A stretch of DNA of 64,000 nucleotides, taken from IMG/VR virus record IMGVR_UViG_3300044715_001903; one strand, 5' to 3'. Each line of letters starts with the position of its first letter. The stretch's first letter is position 1. Source of the stretch: an uncultured virus (IMG/VR IMGVR_UViG_3300044715_001903) (taxonomy: Duplodnaviria > Heunggongvirae > Uroviricota > Caudoviricetes). A program made the position numbers and the translations under genes. Below the pieces are notes generated by a model. That model was not told where the DNA came from, searched no databases, and worked only from the letters and a program-made list of their open reading frames with translations. Positions 57,601 through 64,000 of the stretch are shown piece after piece.

Positions 57601-59754
57601 GATCAACGGAATTTATTAGCAGCACGGCGTAAACTTGCAGAAACCAAATATCGAGAAATTAAAGATGAGATTGACGCGGCTACTAAACAGGCTGATAACG
57701 CTCAAAAACAGCAGCGAGAATTAGATGCTAAAAAACGTGATCAACTAGACAAAGAAAAACGGGCTGAGTTTGCAGCTTACGAGGCTTTAGCCCCAGATGA
57801 TGAAGCTAAAAAGATTATTCAGAAACGCGCCAAACAATACGAGATTGATAACAGGTATCAGGAGAATTTGATCAAATTTTCTCAGGAACGCGAGGATCTT
57901 CTTGATGCCAGAAATAAGAAATTAGAGATTTTGGCAGCGGCTAAAAAGCGTGGTGAAACTGTTACGCCGGATGATGCTGGCGTGGATTACTCCAAAGCAA
58001 TTAATCAGTTAGATGAAATCATCAAATCTCAGAAACAGTTGCGAGACTTGGAGTTAGAAACCAATAATTTAAACCAGTCCAGTGCAGAAAAAGAAATCGA
58101 GAAGAACAAGGATCGTCAGCGAGAAATTGAAAAGTTATCTCGCGTCCATGAAGCGTACATTAATCAGTTGAAATTGCAGCAATCATTAGTTGGCGATGAT
58201 GCGACAAAACAGGGTATCCAATTAACAATTGATAAGGCGCAGATTGAATACAGTGCTAAGGCCGCATTAATGCCACTGCAAAATCAACTTTATGATTTAC
58301 AGGATCGGAAAGTTTATTTGTTGGGTGAGGGGGGATTGAAAAAAGATTCTGAGGAAGTCAAGCGGCTTCAGAAAGATATTAATAATTTAGTTGCTCAAAT
58401 TCATTCAATTGCTAATAAGGGTGGCGTGGATTTAAAACTATTTGAGAATCAGCGTAAACAAATTGAGTTGCAAAATCAACGGCTAAGGGAGTCGGAAAAA
58501 CAGGAAATTGAACACAACAAACAAGTTCTTGAGCTTAATAAAGAAATTTCTACCGCACGGACTCAACAACAAAAAGCTGAGTTACAGTTTCAATTAGATA
58601 AAATAAACGCAATTCAACAAGAAAAGCAGGTGTTAACCACTCTCAAGCAGGAATATGATGATTTAACCCAAGGACGCGAGAAATTAATCAATGAAGGCAA
58701 ACTAGACGCTGCTAGTGATGTAATTAAAGTTTTAGACGGTAAGATTGCTGACTTAAACGAAAAAATTAAAATATTGGGCGAACAGTCAAAATCAAGTTTT
58801 GAAACCCTTACCAGAGAAGGACAAAAAACCATTGAACAAGGCAGGTTTGCGGATCTAGAATCTGCGCTTTCTAAAGAAGCATCAATGTTACCAGCACAAA
58901 CTGGTTTAATTCGCAGACGTGGTGGCAATGAATATGAAGTCTCCGCATTAGAAGCTGAAGCCGCAAGAATGGAGGAACAATTTAGATATAAACAAGAATT
59001 ACTACAAATTGAACAACAAATAGCCGCCGCGAAAGGAAAAGCCAACGAGTACACAGAGCAAGAAATAGCTGCACTACAAGCCAATGCCGAAGCAATTAAC
59101 AAGATTAATTTAGAGGGTATTTCTCAACAAGTGAAAACACTCGGCAAAGACTTATTAGATGTTGGTAAAAACGCCCTCGGTTCATTCTTTGGTGACATCA
59201 TTTCTGGGTCTAAATCTGCGGGGGATGCCTTCAAAGACCTGATCGGAAGCATCGCCCAACAATTAACCCAATTGGCGGTTAACTCCCTTATTTCTAGTAT
59301 CTTTGGTGGAGGTGGTGGTTTGTTCGGCGGTGGAGGCGGTAAAGGCGGTGGGATACTGGGATTTAGTGAAGGATATGTCCCCAATTACGCCACAGGAAAT
59401 AGTAACCCCATATCAGAAGCACTAAACCGCGAGAGGGTTCAGTCAGGGGGCAGGAAAGCAATACTGGGCGTGTTTAATGAAGATGAGATGATATTGACCG
59501 CAGAACAATCTAAGCGTTTTCAAGAACTGCGATTAGACAAAATATTGAATTTTGCGAATGGTGGTATTGTCGGAGGTGGTCAAAATTTAAGTAATGAAAT
59601 CGGGTCTAAAAACATGAACATAAATATCCCCGTCACTGTAGAGGGCGGCGGGGATAGCTCGGTCAATGTTCCACAATTGCAAAATTCTCTAAGATCAGTT
59701 GTGTTGGCGGAAATTCAGAAACAACAGCGTCCGGGCGGGGCGTTGAATAGGTAA
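54643..59754 (+). CDS. Tape measure protein with internal L,D-transpeptidase-like and GH24 lysozyme domains
   Basis: FAATTPFEL tape-measure domain; H..SAGC motif; EGF...QLDALTSFAFNVG...GLTKRR; long coiled coil. Confidence 0.92.
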   Translation: MTSLGTLELQLTANQAALYQQLNQTKAYATQVAKGIEKQINQAFGSVGGNRLGGLNQATAQAASAGQAAGRTFTDRFKNAVEPIKGILSNVFNGVFVGAGIGAFNSITGVVGSALGAVQQFAGEIFNVTKDFQNFESSLKTFLKGNQKEIDDFVGKLEKFAATTPFELKDLQQAAIQNLATGAKPDQIIKDLKTIGDVAAGANARLGDLMEVYAKSRTEGKLQNEDIDQFTGRGVQLRAELAKMLGAKESEIRQLATDGKLEFRHLEEALRRMSAEGGAYFGAMENKAKTLEGRLSNVQDTFYQFQKSIGVAFEPIMNFIVQTFGDIVSGLTSSNGIMKDVRKESEKLVGTFKANPQLVQSLNKAIQELVAGAFKLLLDGITSFTKYLETNPNIIRDMSTAFNDFWGVVKVVFDGLKFIFDGINLIVGGIQAGARGAADIWVASEPTLNNIWQKTIDISKAIADGIVAAWNTCVNLVKSLIKLIQSLFNGVVNLTTNGINLLNAGLKTAVSITQAIGENIGKWTSNIGSAIQKAGEFASQGIPGIGSAFQLATKKAEEFWKWATGQNQQPTTQPQAQLQASSPNSGNGNNIIGNIVQGVQGFFGLGSPANPKSKVIMRRTGQKDENGLEKIALVVYDDQGRAIAQHTVNSGTRRTQGMFGAGGTTQSGSLAPVEYGTYNIGGEVAGMGAGVGSRFIPVNPTFRTQRSAIGFHLDANRQTAPGSAGCIVFANQQEFDSFRNALKQSGAKQLIFDEGKGQVGIVNAVVGTELNSFKPIQEAAKNALPTGAGLSSRTANIVRGKNEEIFGKAGVTDSLVALVKKSEGFAATPYFDRTQYSVGFGTKAKSTGDRLTVEEANQRLLNELLYKRSRVQKMVKVPINNNQLDALTSFAFNVGEGALGESTLLKKLNSGDYAGAAKEFLRWNKGEHRGVKQALPGLTKRRNSEMQLFLSQSNTTPAQQAAIGERRTGNGELAQTPGVAQGGNAEDQRNLLAARRKLAETKYREIKDEIDAATKQADNAQKQQRELDAKKRDQLDKEKRAEFAAYEALAPDDEAKKIIQKRAKQYEIDNRYQENLIKFSQEREDLLDARNKKLEILAAAKKRGETVTPDDAGVDYSKAINQLDEIIKSQKQLRDLELETNNLNQSSAEKEIEKNKDRQREIEKLSRVHEAYINQLKLQQSLVGDDATKQGIQLTIDKAQIEYSAKAALMPLQNQLYDLQDRKVYLLGEGGLKKDSEEVKRLQKDINNLVAQIHSIANKGGVDLKLFENQRKQIELQNQRLRESEKQEIEHNKQVLELNKEISTARTQQQKAELQFQLDKINAIQQEKQVLTTLKQEYDDLTQGREKLINEGKLDAASDVIKVLDGKIADLNEKIKILGEQSKSSFETLTREGQKTIEQGRFADLESALSKEASMLPAQTGLIRRRGGNEYEVSALEAEAARMEEQFRYKQELLQIEQQIAAAKGKANEYTEQEIAALQANAEAINKINLEGISQQVKTLGKDLLDVGKNALGSFFGDIISGSKSAGDAFKDLIGSIAQQLTQLAVNSLISSIFGGGGGLFGGGGGKGGGILGFSEGYVPNYATGNSNPISEALNRERVQSGGRKAILGVFNEDEMILTAEQSKRFQELRLDKILNFANGGIVGGGQNLSNEIGSKNMNINIPVTVEGGGDSSVNVPQLQNSLRSVVLAEIQKQQRPGGALNR

Positions 59755-60174
59755 TTATCTGTGCAGTCTCAACTTCAAATCCCAACCCTGATCCTTTAAT
59801 TGTTGATGGGAAAACGTTTCGCTCCCACGTCGCCCTATCTCGACGCTATAAAAAACTGATTTTGGGATATTCTCAACCCGAAAATTAAAAATACATCTTA
59901 CCGCTGAATGTTCTTCGGGTTGTTTACCTGTCTCTGTTTTCCCGACGGCAATAACTGTCCCCGACTCGTTTTTGATGATTACCGGGATTTGACCCATTAT
60001 GTCGATAAATCCATTTCGCCCATAACACTCACCCCTACTATTTACGCCCATGCCAGATGAGATTAATTCCAAGTATCCAGTCAATGTATCGCCATTTTGT
60101 GCATTTTGTGCGATCGCGTAAGGGCTAGGTATTGCGACCATTAACATAGTTCCGACAATTATTTTGTGCAACAT
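59755..60174 (-). CDS. Exported hypothetical protein (moron-like)
   Basis: Signal peptide; convergent with the tape measure gene. Confidence 0.65.
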   Translation of the reverse strand: MLHKIIVGTMLMVAIPSPYAIAQNAQNGDTLTGYLELISSGMGVNSRGECYGRNGFIDIMGQIPVIIKNESGTVIAVGKTETGKQPEEHSAVRCIFNFRVENIPKSVFYSVEIGRRGSETFSHQQLKDQGWDLKLRLHR

Positions 60175-60560
60175 AAATTAGATCAGATTGGTTGTTTATC
60201 CAGAATACCAATCTGATTTACCAGTTTTACGGATATTTATCACCCCATACCCAAAGAACAGGGAATGAACATTCTACGTAATTCCCAATGAAAAGTAAGC
60301 CAAGATACATCAATAAACCCAATTACACCCAAAAAGTAACGTTGTTCACTATCTGTAAGGTTACTCGATATTTATCACGGTAGTTGCTAGATTTCAGCAC
60401 ACATAAGGCATACACGCATTTTTTGTATGCCTTTTATCCCTCATAATTAAATTTAAAAATCCTCCAAAGTCTTATACAAAAGCACTTTGGAGGATTTTAA
60501 ATTATTTTAATAGAAACTAAATGGCCGTTGACTTCACGCCATTTGTTTAAGTAACTGTGC

Positions 60561-60592
60561 AAAAGACAGGGTATCTAAGTACCCTGTCTTTT
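60561..60592 (-). terminator. Intrinsic terminator
   Basis: AAAAGACAGGGTA-TCTAAG-TACCCTGTCTTTT. Confidence 0.75.
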
Positions 60593-60597
60593 AAAAA

Positions 60598-61029
60598 TTA
60601 TGAATTGTGCAACGCCGATCTCTCGGCGTGTTTCTGTTCAATGGTAGGTGAAACACCTACCCACTGCTCTTTGTCTATTATTATTCTCTTTATCCGCACC
60701 AGTCCAGTGTAGGAGAAAATCGGTTCTCCGTCAACCACTTCCCGTGTGGTCTGGGGGATAAGGAAGGTCCTTATCCCCGCGTTAAGCCAGTCTATTTGGA
60801 GGTTTAGTGGTGCAACTGCTACCACTATTGAGTCAGCCGAGATCGTATGGCATACTATCTCTTGAACGCTATCTGTGTCTTGAGCAAGAATTATCTCGCT
60901 GAATGTGATAGTGTCGCCAGTGCGGCGAATATCTTTGATCGTCCCTCTAACCTGGTTTATAGCACCACCCCCCAGGTCTTCGACCATTTTAGGGTCTATT
61001 TTGTGCCGACTGAAAAAATAAACACTCAT
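60598..61029 (-). CDS. Hypothetical protein with Csx16-like N-terminal motif
   Basis: VYFFSRH...IVVAVAPLNL; AGGAG RBS; family assignment tentative. Confidence 0.5.
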   Translation of the reverse strand: MSVYFFSRHKIDPKMVEDLGGGAINQVRGTIKDIRRTGDTITFSEIILAQDTDSVQEIVCHTISADSIVVAVAPLNLQIDWLNAGIRTFLIPQTTREVVDGEPIFSYTGLVRIKRIIIDKEQWVGVSPTIEQKHAERSALHNS

Positions 61030-61132
61030 TCATTTTGAACTCCTAATGTTATGTTTGCGAATAAACCGCCAAGATATAAGCAAATATTACTTGTATCTTG
61101 GCGATCGCGGAACTAAGAAGCTCCGCAAAAGT

Positions 61133-61495
61133 CTAACCCCACTCCAAAAACTCTATTTTCATCTTTACAGATTGCTTGAACAGTCTGTAGTCAAACTTAG
61201 ATGACAGCATCAGGTTCGATTCATAGGGCTTTATGCCTTTACACCAACTAACAGATATGTGAGGATATTTGTTAGCGCAGGGAATATGATCAGGAAGTTT
61301 GACAGCTACAGCTTGTATTTTGCCGTTCCAAGCTTCATATAAAGTTGTGGCTTGGAACTCTTCGCCTATCCAGTGTGTCCAGTTTTCCCGATGCACCCCA
61401 AACTGAAGGGTTATATGGCGGGGACTCCCAACGGGGTAGCGTTGGGGAATTAATAGGGGTGTCTGGATGACAGCCCACAAAATTCCTTTAGTCAC
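61133..61495 (-). CDS. 2H-phosphoesterase fold protein
   Basis: Two Hx(T/S)-hydrophobic motifs: HITL and PHISV. Confidence 0.75.
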   Translation of the reverse strand: MTKGILWAVIQTPLLIPQRYPVGSPRHITLQFGVHRENWTHWIGEEFQATTLYEAWNGKIQAVAVKLPDHIPCANKYPHISVSWCKGIKPYESNLMLSSKFDYRLFKQSVKMKIEFLEWG

Positions 61496-61850
61496 CTAAA
61501 GAAACCAGTGAATAAATAATATCCGCTTTTATGTCCTCCGTCTGTTGCTCCAGTGGCAACCCTACCAACTCTGAATCAAGCAGACTAACCCTAACACCGA
61601 CTTTGAACAACTTGATCAAGGTCAGTCCACCTACCGAATCAGCGATTATGTGGTCGCCTTTATTTAGGATGATTTTAACCTCTTTCACGAGGTCTTTATC
61701 GTCGTAGCAGTGTTCAAATTCCTCAACTACGAGGACACCTTCCCTGATATAGAAATAAAAGGTGTTACCTTGACTTTCCCTCTCGTAGGAAAAGTCGGGA
61801 TTAATCCCTAACTTCTGGTTAAATTCCTGACTTAAAAACGAGTAGATCAT
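61488..61850 (-). CDS. Acidic hypothetical protein
   Basis: GAGG RBS before the ATG at 61850. Confidence 0.65.
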   Translation of the reverse strand: MIYSFLSQEFNQKLGINPDFSYERESQGNTFYFYIREGVLVVEEFEHCYDDKDLVKEVKIILNKGDHIIADSVGGLTLIKLFKVGVRVSLLDSELVGLPLEQQTEDIKADIIYSLVSLGD

Positions 61851-61884
61851 GTTTATTTCCTCTTGTGGGGTGAAATTGTGACTT

Positions 61885-61940
61885 CCCACGACTACCAGGT
61901 GGTAGTTTCGTCCGGTAGTCAGCCGGACTCGTCAGGCGGG
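61885..61940 (-). ncRNA. Type I hammerhead ribozyme
   Basis: CCCGC CUGACGA GUCCGG-cugacua-CCGGAC GAAA CUACC-accu-GGUAG UC GUGGG: full core, three stems, GUC cleavage triplet. Confidence 0.9.
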
Positions 61941-61944
61941 CTAT

Positions 61945-63096
61945 TCAAACTTTATGCCCCTCTCTTGACTCTTGTTTGAGCCACTTCTCAAAGGGCTTAA
62001 CAACACCGTTCTTTATCTTCTGATCGTGCCTGTACTCGTCGTACCTTTTTTCTTGTTGCTGCTTAATTTCTTCTTGTTGCGCGAGCAACTCACTTGCCCG
62101 TCTGCGTTCAGCCAATAGGCTGTTTATATGGTTCATAATCTCATCTCTATCTGAACCCAAGGATTTAGATTTCCTGGTGCGTTCAGCCAACCCACGGGTG
62201 CGGTCTTCACATTGTTGCCACACTGTCCCATCTTGGGTGTCCCACCAGAATGAATAAATGTAATCATCACCAATCCAAAAGCGATTGACGCTGCCCTTGG
62301 AATAAACCTCTTTCTGAAACCACTCAGGCATGGGTATGGCGGACTCAGCCGCTTTTATGGCTGCTTGTCTTGCTGCTAAATCTGCAGCATCAAAAGCCGC
62401 GTTCTTTTGTTTTCGATTTTCAATGTCACTAACAAACAGTTCCCATGTCATTTTTTCTCTTTTGCAGTGTTCATAAATTAAAACCTGTATTCTCCCCACT
62501 ACTTCCTGTTCAGTAGGAATAGTGTATGTTTTCTTATTTTCAGTAACCCAGATGATAGTACCATCTGAGTGTTTATATTCATATTTTGTGTATACGTGTT
62601 TGTCAACAGAATCGGCAAAGCCAAAACCGTCCATTTGGTCATAAGTAGCTACTTCTTTATCACGTCCGGTAGCTTTAAAAACTTGACCGCAATATTTACG
62701 GTCTAATTCGTGTATATAGTAGCTAATCCCGGAAGATAAACCTGAACCGAAGAAGCCCCAAGCACCTCTTGTTTGGTACTTGTGCCAGTCATCTAACTTA
62801 TTAAACCCATTCTTAATGTCAGACAACAAAGCATCTTTTACTTCTAATTGCTCTTGCTTTTCTTCACCCCAGGAAACACACTGGGATAGTCTGTCGCAAT
62901 CAAAATCTATGCTGCCGTAAATTTCAATTTCTGTTTCTTCCCAGTCAAGTTCATCAGGGTTAATCCCTGTTGCAATAATTCCATCAACTAAAGATCCGCC
63001 AAGGATCTTATTTAATTTCTTCTGAATAGTAAAGTGTAAATCCTGAGCATTAATCTTAAACATTTTTTCTTCCTCATTTATATCAATTTGAATCAC
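61945..63096 (-). CDS. Hypothetical protein flanked by 64-bp direct repeats
   Basis: 383-aa ORF; start may be the ATG at 63063. Confidence 0.75.
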   Translation of the reverse strand: MIQIDINEEEKMFKINAQDLHFTIQKKLNKILGGSLVDGIIATGINPDELDWEETEIEIYGSIDFDCDRLSQCVSWGEEKQEQLEVKDALLSDIKNGFNKLDDWHKYQTRGAWGFFGSGLSSGISYYIHELDRKYCGQVFKATGRDKEVATYDQMDGFGFADSVDKHVYTKYEYKHSDGTIIWVTENKKTYTIPTEQEVVGRIQVLIYEHCKREKMTWELFVSDIENRKQKNAAFDAADLAARQAAIKAAESAIPMPEWFQKEVYSKGSVNRFWIGDDYIYSFWWDTQDGTVWQQCEDRTRGLAERTRKSKSLGSDRDEIMNHINSLLAERRRASELLAQQEEIKQQQEKRYDEYRHDQKIKNGVVKPFEKWLKQESREGHKV

Positions 63097-63155
63097 CTCG
63101 TCTACCCAACGAGGTGGTAGTTTCGTCCGGTAGTCAGCCGGACTCGTCAGGCGGG
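63095..63155 (-). ncRNA. Degenerate hammerhead copy
   Basis: Identical 5' core and stem II, but GAC at the cleavage triplet and a broken stem I. Confidence 0.55.
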
Positions 63156-63308
63156 CTATTCAAACTTTATGCCCCACTCTTCTAGCTGGGCTAAAGCCCA
63201 AGTGCAGCCATTTTTGGCTGCTTCTTCAACTGAAGTGATCGCTTCAAGCGTTATATATTCTGCAGTTGCTTCCATTTGGCAGTTGTTCTCAACTTTTACT
63301 AGCTTCAC
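63156..63308 (-). CDS. 50-aa leader ORF (below ORF track cut-off)
   Basis: AAGGA RBS, GTG start, ends ...EEWGIKFE directly before the hammerhead copy. Confidence 0.5.
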   Translation of the reverse strand: MKLVKVENNCQMEATAEYITLEAITSVEEAAKNGCTWALAQLEEWGIKFE

Positions 63309-63341
63309 TTGTTTCTTTCCTTTGCTTTACCCTATATTTAT

Positions 63342-63370
63342 AGTCTACTAGAGTTATTCTAGTTTGTCAA
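63342..63370 (-). promoter_or_regulatory. Sigma70-type promoter
   Basis: TTGACA-17-TAGACT overlapping the 3' end of the upstream small gene. Confidence 0.7.
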
Positions 63371-63590
63371 GTGGTTTTTCAATTATTTTAGAAGATATTT
63401 TCAAAATAACTGAGGACGCTCTAGGATCACGATCTAGCAGTGCTTCTAGAAATTCCCCATACATAGGATAAATATTTTCTTTTTGCCGGAAGAAAAAGCC
63501 GGCTTCTATCAAAACCTTATCCCAGGCTGCTTTTTTGTCTTTTGGCAGTCGGCATTGAATCCGAACTTTGTCTTCATTAGGTCTGGACAT
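63354..63590 (-). CDS. Small putative DNA-binding protein (RHH-like)
   Basis: MSRP...VRIQCRLP...W pattern; GGAG RBS. Confidence 0.5.
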   Translation of the reverse strand: MSRPNEDKVRIQCRLPKDKKAAWDKVLIEAGFFFRQKENIYPMYGEFLEALLDRDPRASSVILKISSKIIEKPLDKLE

Positions 63591-64000
63591 TTGGGATTAA
63601 CTCCACTAGATATATCTGAACTATAGACTATAGCAGAAAATCTGTAGATGATCCGACATTTGAATTGCGGCTTTAGTTTTGCTTAAATGCTATTCTCCAT
63701 GTTGCGGATCAGCTTACCAGATGGACAATCTCCATAATTATCTGTTTCAATGGGTATTATTTGGTAGGGGTTTATATTGAGTAACCGCAAAAACTCAACT
63801 TCTCTGATTATCGTCTTTGACCCTACCCCACCCACCGGCACACGAACCGAGTAGCCGTCTCCCAATATCCACCATACATAAACAACTCACTCATCCGCCC
63901 TTCACCTAAATTGTGGAGGGCTTTGCCATTTTTAGGATCTAGCAAAATTGCGGAGTGGTGAGTCTGTGTGCCAGAAATGCACATCAATATAACATCATTA

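Larger units (their letters stand above)
1..64000. mobile_element. Cyanobacterial temperate siphovirus-like prophage/phage, ends not visible
   Basis: Terminase, portal, capsid, scaffold, tail tube, tape measure, lambda L/M/I/J-like tail tip, repressor, antirepressor and replication genes; many HIP1 GCGATCGC sites. Confidence 0.93.

Noticed and set aside
63095..63155. Second active hammerhead
   Set aside because: The cleavage triplet is GAC and stem I is mismatched; kept only as a degenerate copy.
1..64000. Integrase, att sites, tRNA genes, a stand-alone endolysin and a gpK-like tail protein
   Set aside because: None recognisable by eye in this window; they may lie outside it.

Overview
The whole window reads as a temperate siphovirus-like prophage or phage of a filamentous cyanobacterium. 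The host inference rests on abundant HIP1 octamers (GCGATCGC), Nostocales-type heptamer repeats and cyanobacterial-style SSB and sigma genes. No integrase, att site, reverse transcriptase, tRNA or CRISPR array was seen, so the element probably extends beyond the window. Contents, left to right: a membrane/FtsK-like ATPase operon; immunity and replication genes; an array of identical host-sigma70 promoter cassettes whose genes are almost free of CpG; a ParB/PAPS-reductase/GNAT/ASCH cluster beside a SigF-like sigma factor with unusual C-terminal fusions; terminase; ERF and SSB; and lambda/P22-like head and tail genes. The head and tail genes are scattered on both strands, and most blocks are preceded by a GG(G/C)AAA motif. 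Best leads: (1) a complete type I hammerhead ribozyme, plus a degenerate duplicate, inside a putative anti-defence operon with 2H-phosphoesterase and Csx16-like genes; (2) extreme CpG avoidance confined to the sigma70 cassettes, suggesting a DNA-modification system that early transcription has to avoid; (3) a phage-sigma late regulon that could explain the scrambled virion gene order; (4) an orphan DGR-type variable gene. All protein calls are by-eye motif recognition without database searches, and all counts are manual.
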